Assembly (NCBI GenBank): GCA_030429345.1
Contig: JAUIFJ010000003.1
Location: forward strand, 111,100 to 175,099
Origin: a bacterium
Lineage (GTDB): Bacteria > CAIWAD01
Direction of reading: 5' to 3'
DNA length: 64,000 nt
Of this stretch, positions 8,389 through 18,577 are shown one piece after another; position 1 is the stretch's first letter; the number at the start of each line of letters is the position of its first letter. Under the pieces are notes generated by a model that was not told the origin of the DNA, ran no database searches, and saw only the letters and a program-made list of their open reading frames with translations. Made by a program: the position numbers and the translations under genes.

Positions 8389-11300
8389 GCAGGGTGCCCT
8401 CCACTTCGGCTGCGGCCTCGTCCAGCGCCTCCAGCTCTTCCTGTCTCACTTCGAGCAGGGAGTACAAGGTGGGCACGACGAGCAGGGTCAGCAACGTGCT
8501 CGACAACAGGCCGACAATGACCGTGATCGCCATCGGCGCCCGCATCTCGCTGGCCTCCCCGGCGCCGAGCGCCATCGGCAGCAGGCCGAGCACGGTGGTG
8601 CCGGTGGTCATCAGGATCGGCCGCAGGCGCAGGCTGCCGGCATGGATGATCGCCTGCACCGTCGGCTCGCCCTGGCTGCGCTTGAGGTTGATCGTGTCCA
8701 CCAGGATGATCGCGTTGTTGACCACGATGCCCACCAGCAGGATCGCCCCCAGGAAGACCACCACGGAGAGCGGCATGTTGAAGGCCCAGAGAGCGAGCAT
8801 CACGCCGACGAAGGCCAGCGGCACCGAGAAGAGGATCACCAGCGGGTGCAGCAGGCTTTCGAACTGGCTGGCCATGACCACGTATACAAGGAAGATCGCC
8901 AGCATCAGCGCCATGTAGAGGCTGTTCATGCTGCGGGCCATTTCCTGGGACTGGCCGACGACCTGGGTCCGGATGCCCTCCGGCAGCACCAGGCCGTCCA
9001 GCGTGCGACGGATGTCGATGATCGCGCTGCCCAGGTCGCGGTCGGCCAGGTTGGCGCGGATCACGGCGCTGCGTTCCTGGTCCTCGCGGCGGACCTCGCT
9101 CGGCCCCTCGGCCAGGCTCACGTCCGCCACCGCCGACAGGGGCACGGGCACCGGCTGGCCGGGATTGATCACCAGGCCGCGAATGGCGTCGACGCCGAGC
9201 AGGTCCGGATCACGCAGCTTGACGCGCACGTCGACACGGCGGTCCTCGTCGCGGAACTCCGTGTCCACATTGCCCAGGATCTTGGCCCGCACCAGCTCGG
9301 CAACCTGCTGCAGGTCCAGCTGCAGGCGATTCAGGGCCTCTCGGCGGTAGCTGATCTTCAGTTCCGGATTTCCGGGCCGCAGGCTGCTGTTGAGGTCTGC
9401 CAGGCCGGGCACCGAGCGCAGGGCGGCCAGGGTCTGCTCGTTGGCTTGCGCCAGGTCGTGCAGCTCGTAGCCGCGCAGCTGGATCTCGATCGGCGTGCGG
9501 AAACTGAAGAGCACGGGGTAGCTGACGCGGCTTTCCAGCTCCGGCAGGCGATCCAGGAAGGGGCGCAGGCGGGCGAGCACGGTCTGCTCGCTCTGCTCGG
9601 GGTCGTCGCTCTCGTGGAGTCTCACGGTGATCCGTGCAATGTGCTCGCCGATCTCGCGGTCCATTGCCGCCCGGTCGTCCCCGCCGACGACCGTGGCCAG
9701 GCTGGCGACCTGGGGCTGCTGCTCCAGGAAGTCCTCGATGGGACGCAGGGACTCCGCCGTGCGTTCGATGGGCGTGCCGACAGGGTAGACCATGTCCAGG
9801 TGGAACTCGCCCTGGTGTACCACGGGCATCAGTTCCTGGCCGAGGCGCGGCAGCACCTGCCAGACGCAGACCGCGAAGGCCAGCACCACGAAGGCCATCA
9901 CTTCGGTGCGGTGACGCAGGCAGCGGCCCAGGAGGCGCGGATAGACGGTTCCCAGTCCGCCGAGGCTACGGCCCGATCGTCCCAGCAGGGCGCCGAGTCC
10001 GTTTGTCGCACGCACCAGCAGGAAGGCCAGCAGGCCGAAGAGCCCCATCACCAGGTAGGCCAGGGCCCCGGCAAGGCGCAGGACCAGCTCGACGACTAGC
10101 AGCAGCAGCGCGCGCAGCAGCTGGATCACGAGCAGCAGCGGCAGCAGGGGCCAGCGCAGCAGGCCGGTAACACCGCTGCCCGCAGCGCACCAGCCGACCG
10201 GGCCCCGGAAGAGGGCGCGGAAGACGCGCATCGCCTTGAGGGGCTGCAGCAGAAAGGCGCGGTGGAAGGGCGCCGGCTTCTCCACGCTGGACGCGCGGCC
10301 GGTTTTCATGTGCAGGGCCGCCAGCATGGGAATGAAGCTCAGCGCGAGGATCAGCGAGGCGGTCAGGCTGTATACGACGACGCGGCTCAGGTCGCCGAAG
10401 ATCTGGCCGGCAATGCCCTCGACGAAGACCATCGGGAAGAAGACGGCGATCGTGGTCAGGGTCGAGGCGAAGACCGCCCCGCCGACCTCGCCGGTGCCGC
10501 GGATGGCGGCCTGTACGACATCATCCCCTTCTTCCCGGCAGCGGAAAATGCTCTCCAGCACGACGATCGCGTTGTCGACCAGCATGCCGATGCCCAGGGC
10601 CAGTCCGCCGAGGCTCATGATGTTGAGGCTCAGGGCGGAGAGCTGCATCGGCCCGAAGGCGGCGACCACGGAGAGCGGAATCGCCAGGGCGACGATCAGC
10701 GTCGTATACGCGCTGCGCAGGAAGAGGAAGAGCACCAGCACGGCGAAGAGCCCGCCGAAGAGCGCCGTGCCCTTCAGCTCGTCGATGGCGCCCTGGATGA
10801 AAGTGCTCTGGTCGGCCAGCAGGTGGGTCTGGATGCCCCGTTCGGCCAGCACCGCGCTGAGCCACCAGGGCTTCCAGTTGCCGTGGCCTCCCCCGCCGGC
10901 CTGCGCCACGGCGGCACCGCTTGAATCGGCGGCGGCGCTGCTGTCGGCCTCGGCGACGGCCGGACCCGGCTGCGGCGGCTGCGGCGGCTGTCCGCTCGGG
11001 CCGAAGAGGCGCTGTCTCACGCTCTCGGCGACGCGGACCACGTTGGCGTCGGCCTCCTTGTGGACCTCGATCTCCACCGAGGGAACCCCGTCTACGCGGG
11101 TGATCACGTCCGGATCACGGGCTCCGCGGTATACGCGGCCGATGTCCCCCAGCCGGACCCAGCTGTCGCTGCCGGTGCGGATGCGCGTGTCGGCGATCTC
11201 CTCGACGGACTTGTATTCGCTGAGTACGCGCACCACGTATTCGGTGCGCCCCTCCTTCAGGTTGCCGCCGGCCAGGTTGACGTTCTCCGCGGAGAGCTGG

Positions 11301-11956
11301 CGGGAGATGTTCTGCAGGTCCAGCCCGCGCAGGCTGATCTCCTTCTCGACCAGCTCGACACGGATCTCCTCCTCCAGGCCGCCCTGGACCTTGACAGCGG
11401 CCACTCCGCCGGTCTTTTCCAGCTCGCGCTTGACCACGTCCTCGCAGAGAATGCGCAGCTCTTCCAGGTCCATGCTTTCGCTGGTCACACCGATGCGCAT
11501 CACGGGATCGAGGCTGGGATCGTAGCGCAGGATCAGCGGCCGTTCGACCTCGACGGGCAGCCAGACATTGTCCAGCTTCTCGCGCACTTCCTGGATCGCC
11601 TGGTCCATGTCCGTGTCCCAGGCGAACTCGATCATCAGCTCGCTCTGCCCGGCACGGCTGGCGCTGGACATGCTGACCATGTTGCCGATGACGGCGAGGG
11701 CCTGCTCCAGGGGGCGTGTCACATACTGTTCCACTTCCTCCGGGGCGGCGCCCTCGAACTCGCTGCGCAGCGTGATACTGGGGTAGCTGATGTCGGGCAT
11801 CAGCGTCAGGGGCAGGCGGTTGAAGGAGATCAGGCCGAAGACCAGCACGGCCAGCACCAGCATCGTGACCGCGACGGGACGGTTGACCACGAAGCGGTAG
11901 AAGCCCCAGCGGCCTTCCTCGGGCGGTTCCTGCGGACCGCGGCGGGCGGCGGTCAT
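8378..11956 (-). CDS. RND (AcrB/AcrD/AcrF family) efflux permease
   Basis: 1192 aa; GMLVDNAIVVLE, RLRPILMT; start overlaps MFP stop (ATGA). Confidence 0.95.
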   Translation of the reverse strand: MTAARRGPQEPPEEGRWGFYRFVVNRPVAVTMLVLAVLVFGLISFNRLPLTLMPDISYPSITLRSEFEGAAPEEVEQYVTRPLEQALAVIGNMVSMSSASRAGQSELMIEFAWDTDMDQAIQEVREKLDNVWLPVEVERPLILRYDPSLDPVMRIGVTSESMDLEELRILCEDVVKRELEKTGGVAAVKVQGGLEEEIRVELVEKEISLRGLDLQNISRQLSAENVNLAGGNLKEGRTEYVVRVLSEYKSVEEIADTRIRTGSDSWVRLGDIGRVYRGARDPDVITRVDGVPSVEIEVHKEADANVVRVAESVRQRLFGPSGQPPQPPQPGPAVAEADSSAAADSSGAAVAQAGGGGHGNWKPWWLSAVLAERGIQTHLLADQSTFIQGAIDELKGTALFGGLFAVLVLFLFLRSAYTTLIVALAIPLSVVAAFGPMQLSALSLNIMSLGGLALGIGMLVDNAIVVLESIFRCREEGDDVVQAAIRGTGEVGGAVFASTLTTIAVFFPMVFVEGIAGQIFGDLSRVVVYSLTASLILALSFIPMLAALHMKTGRASSVEKPAPFHRAFLLQPLKAMRVFRALFRGPVGWCAAGSGVTGLLRWPLLPLLLVIQLLRALLLLVVELVLRLAGALAYLVMGLFGLLAFLLVRATNGLGALLGRSGRSLGGLGTVYPRLLGRCLRHRTEVMAFVVLAFAVCVWQVLPRLGQELMPVVHQGEFHLDMVYPVGTPIERTAESLRPIEDFLEQQPQVASLATVVGGDDRAAMDREIGEHIARITVRLHESDDPEQSEQTVLARLRPFLDRLPELESRVSYPVLFSFRTPIEIQLRGYELHDLAQANEQTLAALRSVPGLADLNSSLRPGNPELKISYRREALNRLQLDLQQVAELVRAKILGNVDTEFRDEDRRVDVRVKLRDPDLLGVDAIRGLVINPGQPVPVPLSAVADVSLAEGPSEVRREDQERSAVIRANLADRDLGSAIIDIRRTLDGLVLPEGIRTQVVGQSQEMARSMNSLYMALMLAIFLVYVVMASQFESLLHPLVILFSVPLAFVGVMLALWAFNMPLSVVVFLGAILLVGIVVNNAIILVDTINLKRSQGEPTVQAIIHAGSLRLRPILMTTGTTVLGLLPMALGAGEASEMRAPMAITVIVGLLSSTLLTLLVVPTLYSLLEVRQEELEALDEAAAEVEGTLREA

Positions 11957-13149
11957 TCGGCGGAATCCGTGTTTCCGGCATCCGCGGTTTCAGTCCCTGC
12001 TTCGGGGGCCTTCGCGTCCGCAAGCCCGGAAGCCGGATCCTCGTTGATCACGCGGACCGGGCTCTTGTCCTTGAGGCTGTTCTGTCCCACAAGCACCAGC
12101 TGCTCGCCCTCGTCGATGCCGCTCAGCACCTCGATGCGCTCCTCGTCCTCGAAACCGCGCTGAAGCACACGCCGGTGGGCCTTGTCCTCATCGTCCACCA
12201 CGAAGGCGACGACCCGGTTGCGTTCGTAGAGCAGGCTTCGCTTGGGAATCAGCACCGCGTTCTCACGCGTGCCGGCGACGATGGCGAAACTGGCGTACAT
12301 GCCGCTGCGCAGGCGGGTCTGCGGATCCTCGATGCCGACGGTGACACGGATCGTTCCGCTGGTCGGATCGACAACCGGGCTGATGCGCTTGATCCAGCCG
12401 CGGAAGGGATCCTCGCCGGCGGCCCGGGCCTCGACCTCGACCGGCAGGTTGGGACGGATGCGGGCCAGGTCCTTCTCCGGCAGATCCAGTTCGGCGATCA
12501 GTTCGCGATCGTCGAGCAGCCGGAAAAGGGGATTGGACCGCTGGATCCAGGCTCCGATGCTCACAAGGCGCTCGCTGACCACGCCGGCGATCGGCGCGGT
12601 GATGCGGCTGCGCTCGAAGGCCAGGCGGGCGGTCTTCCAGTTCAGCGTCGCGCGATCAAGGGCCGTGCGGGACTGGTCCAGCTCCTGGGGACTGACGAGC
12701 CCCTTGTCCGCCAGCTGCTGCAGGCGCTCCCAGTCGCGTTCGGCCTGCTGCATCTCGAGGGAGGTCCGCTCGACCTCGAGCACGATCTCCTCATCGGCCA
12801 ACACCAGCAAAGTATCCCCGGCGGAGACCCGGTCGCCGGCCTCGACCCGCAGCTCGGCCACGTGGCCGCTGACCAGCGAGTAGACCTCGATCTGGGATTC
12901 GGTGGCCACGACCCCGTCCAGGCGGATGTAGTCATGAATGCGCCCCCGGCTGACGGGAGTGATTTCCACGGGCACCAGGCGGCTGGAAAGACTGTCCTTT
13001 TTCTCGCCTTCGGCCTTGTCTTCCGAGCCCTCCTGCTTGGCGTCGGCGCTGCAGCCGACAAGGATGGCCAGGAACAGGGCCGACAGCAGCGCCACGGGCC
13101 AGCGGCGGGTCCAGGGTCGACGGACAGACCCGTTGAAGGGGATGGACAT
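11953..13149 (-). CDS. RND periplasmic adaptor (MFP) lipoprotein
   Basis: Lipobox ILVGC; lipoyl-like half motifs VEAGDRVSAGD and ITAPIAGVV; start at ATG 13149 is an estimate. Confidence 0.9.
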   Translation of the reverse strand: MSIPFNGSVRRPWTRRWPVALLSALFLAILVGCSADAKQEGSEDKAEGEKKDSLSSRLVPVEITPVSRGRIHDYIRLDGVVATESQIEVYSLVSGHVAELRVEAGDRVSAGDTLLVLADEEIVLEVERTSLEMQQAERDWERLQQLADKGLVSPQELDQSRTALDRATLNWKTARLAFERSRITAPIAGVVSERLVSIGAWIQRSNPLFRLLDDRELIAELDLPEKDLARIRPNLPVEVEARAAGEDPFRGWIKRISPVVDPTSGTIRVTVGIEDPQTRLRSGMYASFAIVAGTRENAVLIPKRSLLYERNRVVAFVVDDEDKAHRRVLQRGFEDEERIEVLSGIDEGEQLVLVGQNSLKDKSPVRVINEDPASGLADAKAPEAGTETADAGNTDSAE

Positions 13150-13741
13150 GAGGATACTCCGGTGTATTGCTGTTCGGAACCTGATCGCGCATGAATCGGA
13201 TCTGCCCCATAGACCGGGGCCGTGGGAATGGGTTTCGTTCGCCGTCCGAATTCGGACAGGAGAAAATGGCTCTTCCGTGGCAGGCCATGAAAGCAAATTT
13301 CTCATGGCTGCCGAGGGATTCCGACAGGATCAAAGCTGCACAGGCTCTGGTCTCCCGAAAGAGCTTCCGGAAGCGACGGAAGGACAAGATCCATACATCA
13401 ATAAAGCAGCGCTGGCAATGCCTTCCGATTCCCGGCTGGTGCGAATACATGGCAGCGCATTGTGTGTCAGCGGGTCAAAACATGGCTGAAGGTGCATGGA
13501 AACAGGGCGCGTGTTCGTTGGATCACGGGATTTCACGCATAATGTATGCCGCGGCTGCGCCTTTCCAAAGATCCTGTGTGAAAAAGTTAACCCGCTGTTT
13601 GTTCCTGCGGCTCATGGCCTGTTCGTCCAGGATTTCTTAACAAGGAAGGTGGCCTCGTGGCACAAAGGGCAGCAGGCCGGCAGCCCCTATCTTCTTGATA
13701 TTAATCTTTTTACGAGATCCCGTTTATCAAGCGCCAAAAAC

Positions 13742-13757
13742 TGGCACAGGCCTTGCC
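13742..13757 (+). promoter_or_regulatory. sigma54 -24/-12 promoter
   Basis: TGGCAC-AGGCC-TTGC, exact consensus and spacing. Confidence 0.65.
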
Positions 13758-13767
13758 TATTCCAGAA

Positions 13768-13951
13768 TCGAGTTCAGGTTACTGGAATCGGGGCCTGGTC
13801 TGGAGACTGACTTTGCCGGAACCCATTGTCAGCACTCGCAGGCCCCATTTCATTTCTTTCGTCTTCTCTTTGTCTGGAACCAAATCCGATTTGGCGCCCC
13901 TGGACATACTTCCCATCCGGACCCCGGTGCTCCCCTGTGCCGGGGTTTTTT
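13768..13951 (+). ncRNA. Candidate sigma54-dependent small RNA
   Basis: Lies between a consensus sigma54 promoter and an intrinsic terminator; stem GGGGCCTG(13790)/CAGGCCCC(13839) with inner CTGAC/GTCAG; pyrimidine-rich tract; no credible ORF. Confidence 0.45.
13922..13951 (+). terminator. Rho-independent terminator
   Basis: CCCCGGTGC-loop-GTGCCGGGG followed by T6. Confidence 0.7.
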
Positions 13952-13968
13952 GTGTCCGCGAGAAGGAG

Positions 13969-14173
13969 GGTGCCAGGGACGGTGCCACGCACGGTGCCAG
14001 GGACGGTGCCAGGGACGGTGCCAGGGACAGTGCCAAGGACGGTGCCACGCACGGTGCCAGGGACAGTGCCAGGGACAGTGCCACGGACGGTGCCAGGGAC
14101 GGTGCCACGCACGGTGCCAAGGACGGTGCCACGCACGGTGCCAGGGACGGTGCCAGGGACAGTCCTTGGCACT
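13969..14173. repeat. 12-bp tandem repeat (GGTGCCAGGGAC variants) x16 plus one inverted copy
   Basis: Directly visible; variants GGTGCCACGCAC and AGTGCCAAGGAC; ends with inverted GTCCTTGGCACT. Confidence 0.95.
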
Positions 14174-14244
14174 GAACCAAGACGAACCGCCGGAAACGAT
14201 CAGGATCGATCCCGGCGGTCGTCGGCTTGTCACACAGATTTGCC

Positions 14245-15564
14245 CTATTTCACCAGCAGCATGGTCCGTTCCTGGCGGAAGTTGCCGCTCTGCAGGCTGT
14301 ATACATAGAGCCCGCTGGGAAGATCCTCGGCAAGGAAAGTGACCTGGTGTTCGCCCGGGGGTTGGCGACCCTCGACGAGCGTCGTCACATGCTGGCCCAG
14401 CATGTTGTAGACGGCGAGACGCACGGGATGCCCTGCAGCCGATCCGGCAACCGGCAGGGAGTAGCGGATGGTCGTCACCGGATTGAAGGGGTTCGGCGCG
14501 TTGGGCAGCAGGCGGAACTCGGCGGGCATGCCGGGCCGTTCGGCCACGTCCACCTGCAGATCGCGGCGTACAAGGGCCGAGTCCGTGTCCCACTGGGCGG
14601 CGTAGAGCTGGCCCTCGTGCACGCAGAAGCTCTTCACCCAGTGTGCAAGGGGCTCGCCGTCGCTGATATCGCTCCAGCTGCTGCCGCTGTCATCGGAGAC
14701 ATAGGCCGAATCGTCCTGGGCCGTCGAGGCGAAGAGGCTGCCGCCATAGGTGTCGATGGTCATGATCGGTGTCACATTGAACTGGTTCCAGGTGGCGAAG
14801 CCCGAGTCGACGCGCTGCCAGCTATCGCCGCCGTCGGCACTGCGGAATACGCCGTTGCTGCTGGCAACGAACAGCGCGCTGCCGTCGCTGCACAGGCGGT
14901 TTGTCACCCACCCGGCCACCTCCGCCGGATACCCCTCATTGGCCGGCGTCTGCCAGCTGGCGCCGTCATCGCTCGTCGCATGCACTCCCTGGCTAAGGGT
15001 AGCGGCATAGAGCACTCCTCCGTGCGAACACATGCCCGTGACCTGATCGCCATGGGCCGATCCCAGCGGACCTTCGATACGAGACCACGGGCCAGCCGCG
15101 GCAGACTTCGTATACAGGCCGTAGGTGGGCCAGGCCATGCTGGCGTACAGGCGGTCATCGTCCTGGAACAGCAGGTTGGCGGCATAGGAGGATTCCATGC
15201 CCGTCGAATCCACCTGCCAGCTGTCGCCGCCATCCGGAGACATGTAGACGGCCATCAGCGAGCTCGAAATGAAGATGTTCTCTCCATGAAAGACCACATC
15301 GTAGTTGGCATTACCCGGATTGAGAATGAAGCCCTCGGTCATGTCCGTCCAGGAATCGCCGCCGTTGGCGGTGCGATACAAACCGCCATTGGACACAGCG
15401 TAGAGCTCGCCTCCATGACTGACCAGGTTGTTGACTCCGTAGTAGATCGAGGGCGGAGTCACATACTCCCATTCGGCCCGGGCCGATCCGGCAAAGGCCA
15501 ACAGCAGGCAGAAGCCGGCAAGACTGAGCAGGATGTCGCGTATGGATTGCATGGTGGTGCGCAT
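14245..15564 (-). CDS. Secreted Asp-box/BNR beta-propeller protein with C-terminal PNPFNP sorting domain
   Basis: Signal peptide; repeated S/T-x-D/N-GG-x-SW boxes; [15 protein letters not shown]...SGLYVYSL...MLLVK. Confidence 0.85.
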   Translation of the reverse strand: MRTTMQSIRDILLSLAGFCLLLAFAGSARAEWEYVTPPSIYYGVNNLVSHGGELYAVSNGGLYRTANGGDSWTDMTEGFILNPGNANYDVVFHGENIFISSSLMAVYMSPDGGDSWQVDSTGMESSYAANLLFQDDDRLYASMAWPTYGLYTKSAAAGPWSRIEGPLGSAHGDQVTGMCSHGGVLYAATLSQGVHATSDDGASWQTPANEGYPAEVAGWVTNRLCSDGSALFVASSNGVFRSADGGDSWQRVDSGFATWNQFNVTPIMTIDTYGGSLFASTAQDDSAYVSDDSGSSWSDISDGEPLAHWVKSFCVHEGQLYAAQWDTDSALVRRDLQVDVAERPGMPAEFRLLPNAPNPFNPVTTIRYSLPVAGSAAGHPVRLAVYNMLGQHVTTLVEGRQPPGEHQVTFLAEDLPSGLYVYSLQSGNFRQERTMLLVK

Positions 15565-15847
15565 GGGTCCCTCCGTTTTGGCCCCAAGATCCCCCCAGTG
15601 TGGCGCATCGCATATACGGCATTTGCGCTATTAGAAACTCCTTCCTTCGAAGAAGCAATGGAGTGGCCCGCGATCCGGCGTGGGACGGATGCCGTATGGA
15701 TTTCCCCGAACAGGAATCCCTGATTGGGACTCGCTGAGCCGGCAACAGTTCGCGAAGCAGGGAAGACATCGATTCATCGATCCCGCATCCGCCCACGACT
15801 GTTGCGTACAGTTGAATCACGCCCGTCAGGCAAAAAGGAGGAGAACC

Positions 15848-16822
15848 ATGAACACCGCAACGATTCTGACCCTCAGCGGCCTGATGGCCGTATGTGCGTC
15901 CAGCGCACTCGCCCAGAATGTCCTGGTCGTCCGCGACTTCCTGCCCAATGGGGGCGACGCCGTCCAGGAATTCGTCGACCTGGGAGCCACCGTCAGCGAG
16001 ATACCGACATCCCTCCTGCTCGACACGGCCCTTTCCCCCTATTGCGTGGTCTACGTGACTGGCATTGACAGCCAGTCCGGCGATGCGGTCGAGACGACCC
16101 TGAATGCCGCCGCCGGGCATCTGGAAAGCTACGTGCAGGGCGGCGGGCTGCTGTTCTACGAGACCGGCAGCAATGGCGCACAGTATACCCTTCCCGGCGG
16201 TGTGACAACCTTCGACTTCATGGACTGGGAAAACTTCGTTCTTCCCGGACATCCGGCAACGCAGGGCCTGCCCGGATTCCTGCCGGCCAACTGCTCGTCC
16301 TTCAGCACCCATGCGCTGGACAATCTTCCTCCCGGCACACAAACCCTGAGCACCGGCAGCTACGGCGGCGCTCCGGCGGTCACCGTGTCCTACAGCATCG
16401 GCGCGGGCGAAGTGCTGGCCACCGGGATTCGCGCCGAGTACGGCATGACCGGCAGCAGCTGCTGGTTCGGCCCCGACGGCCCCGTACAGCTCTGGCGCGC
16501 CCTGGCCGAGTATGCCCTCGGCACCTGCGGGCAGTCCACTTCGGACACGGAAGACCTGCCGAGTCTCTTCGCCCTGGACAACTACCCGAATCCCTTCAAT
16601 CCGACCACCAGCATTCGCTTCCGGATCCCGGAGACTGGTGCGGTGGAACTCGGCGTATACAACCTGCGGGGCGAGCTCGTGCGCCAGCTGCACAGCGGGC
16701 TGCTTTCCGCCGGAGCGCACACGATGCCCTTCGACGCCAGCGGCCTGAGCAGCGGCACCTACCTCTACAGCCTCGAGACCGGCGAAGAGCGTATCACGAA
16801 GCGTATGCTGCTGGTGAAGTAG
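15848..16822 (+). CDS. Secreted protein with C-terminal PNPFNP sorting domain
   Basis: AGGAGG RBS, signal peptide, NYPNPFNPTT...SGTYLYSL...MLLVK. Confidence 0.85.
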   Translation: MNTATILTLSGLMAVCASSALAQNVLVVRDFLPNGGDAVQEFVDLGATVSEIPTSLLLDTALSPYCVVYVTGIDSQSGDAVETTLNAAAGHLESYVQGGGLLFYETGSNGAQYTLPGGVTTFDFMDWENFVLPGHPATQGLPGFLPANCSSFSTHALDNLPPGTQTLSTGSYGGAPAVTVSYSIGAGEVLATGIRAEYGMTGSSCWFGPDGPVQLWRALAEYALGTCGQSTSDTEDLPSLFALDNYPNPFNPTTSIRFRIPETGAVELGVYNLRGELVRQLHSGLLSAGAHTMPFDASGLSSGTYLYSLETGEERITKRMLLVK

Positions 16823-16846
16823 CGTCGCACATTCTCGACGAATCCC

Positions 16847-16882
16847 GCGCCCCGGCGAGTCGATTGCCGGGGCGCTTCTTTC
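16847..16882 (+). terminator. Probable intrinsic terminator
   Basis: GCGCCCCGGC...GCCGGGGCGC then TTCTTT. Confidence 0.6.
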
Positions 16883-16902
16883 TCATGGCCGGGCAGTACG
16901 GG

Positions 16903-17016
16903 TTCTCGCGCGGAGACGCAGAGGAGCAGAGACGCGGGGAAATCGATTCAGGAACTGGCCATCCTTCCGGGTCAAAAAGAACACAGCGCCTCTGCGACCC
17001 TGCGTCTCCGCGTGAA
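16903..17016. repeat. MITE-like inverted repeat element (divergent family A)
   Basis: TTCTCGCGCGGAGACGCAGAG ... CTGCGTCTCCGCGTGAA arms. Confidence 0.65.
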
Positions 17017-17104
17017 CTCTTCTGTCCGGATCGCCGATAGACAGGCTAGGCCCTGCTTTCGAGCATTTCTATCTTGCAGGCATCCAATCCAGACAGGAAG
17101 CCCC

Positions 17105-17932
17105 ATGAGCGACCCTCAGCCCACCCGTGTCATCGAACCGCAAAAACGCGACAAGCGCAAGATCAGCCGCCGACTCTACGAGGAGGAAATGATCCGCCTG
17201 CAGGTGGAACTGGTCAAGCTGCAGGAATGGATCAAGGCCAAGGGGCTGAAGGTGGTCGTGCTCTTCGAGGGCCGCGACGCCGCCGGCAAGGGCGGCGTGA
17301 TCAAGCGGATCACGGAGCGCCTCAATCCGCGCGTCTGCCGCATCGTCGCCCTGGGCACGCCAAGCGAACGGGAGAAGACCCAGTGGTACTTCCAGCGCTA
17401 CGTACCCCACCTGCCGGCGGCGGGGGAAATGGTGCTCTTCGACCGCAGCTGGTACAACCGCGCCGGCGTCGAGCGCGTGATGGGTTTCTGCACGGACAAG
17501 CAGTACACGGAATTCATGCGCAGCTGCCCGGAGTTCGAGCGCATGCTGATCCGCAGCGGCATCCTGCTGGTCAAGTACTGGTTCTCCGTCTCCGACGAGG
17601 AGCAGGAGCGCCGCTTCCAGGCCCGCATCGACGATCCCACCAAGCGCTGGAAACTGAGCCCGATGGACCTGGAATCCCGCAGCCGCTGGGTCGAGTACTC
17701 CCGCGCCAAGGACGAGATGTTCAAGTATACGGACATCAAGCAAGCCCCCTGGTACGTGGTCAACGCCGACAGCAAGAAGCGGGCGCGGCTGAACTGCATC
17801 CACCACCTGCTGAGCCTGATTCCCTACGAGGACCTGACCCCGGCCCCCGTCGAGCTGCCGCCGAGGCAGGACGAACAGGCTTATGTGAGACCGCCGATGG
17901 ATGATCAGACCTTTGTGGAGGAGCGGTATTAG
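17105..17932 (+). CDS. ppk2: Polyphosphate kinase 2
   Basis: FEGRDAAGKGG (Walker A), FDRSWYNRAGVERVMGF, WKLSPMD. Confidence 0.95.
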   Translation: MSDPQPTRVIEPQKRDKRKISRRLYEEEMIRLQVELVKLQEWIKAKGLKVVVLFEGRDAAGKGGVIKRITERLNPRVCRIVALGTPSEREKTQWYFQRYVPHLPAAGEMVLFDRSWYNRAGVERVMGFCTDKQYTEFMRSCPEFERMLIRSGILLVKYWFSVSDEEQERRFQARIDDPTKRWKLSPMDLESRSRWVEYSRAKDEMFKYTDIKQAPWYVVNADSKKRARLNCIHHLLSLIPYEDLTPAPVELPPRQDEQAYVRPPMDDQTFVEERY

Positions 17933-18048
17933 CGGTGGGACAGGGAAACTGATTCGAATGTATCACGTTGAACTGCATTCCAGTGAGCATTCACTTTCCT
18001 GCGGCAATTGCTAGACTGATTGAAAGTCCTCTGTTCCAGGAGTTTCAC

Positions 18049-18510
18049 ATGAAGAAGACTGCCCTTCTATTCACCATGATTGCCCTGATCAGCTTTGCAT
18101 GCTCCAGTGGAAACGCCCTTCGCCCGAAACACGCACAGTCCTACATCCTTGAAATGAGCAGCGTGCAGCTCAGCGGCAACGACTTCCGCGTCGATTCGGA
18201 TTCCTGGTTCGGCCGGGATCACATCAAGCTCGAATTCTACGAGAACGGTACCCTCCTGCACACTTCAAAGGTCGACGCCGTCAGCGGCCTGCGGACTCTC
18301 GATCCCCCATTGAAGTGGCTCATCGACTTCAACCCGGCAAACAGCTACTACATGGTGTTGACTCAGGACCGGGGCCTCGCGCAAGGCACCCGTTTCCAGA
18401 TTCCCAATGCTCCTCGTCCCGGCTACTGGCCTTTCGCCGAGAACAACGGCAAGATCAATGTCGGACACGCTTCCCACCTGCAATTCCGCGAGACCGTCGT
18501 CAAGAAGTAG
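18049..18510 (+). CDS. Hypothetical lipoprotein
   Basis: AGGAG RBS, MKK + hydrophobic stretch + SFAC lipobox. Confidence 0.75.
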   Translation: MKKTALLFTMIALISFACSSGNALRPKHAQSYILEMSSVQLSGNDFRVDSDSWFGRDHIKLEFYENGTLLHTSKVDAVSGLRTLDPPLKWLIDFNPANSYYMVLTQDRGLAQGTRFQIPNAPRPGYWPFAENNGKINVGHASHLQFRETVVKK

Positions 18511-18577
18511 CCTTCGCTACCACGCCGTCGTACACCTGTTCTTCCCAGGCGCGTTCCAGCTCTAGCCGGCCGGCCGA

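Noticed and set aside
13695-14342. Repetitive ORFs (CQGR, VPGT, ARDG repeats) in several frames
   Set aside because: Translations of a 12-bp minisatellite; they cross a terminator and lack an RBS
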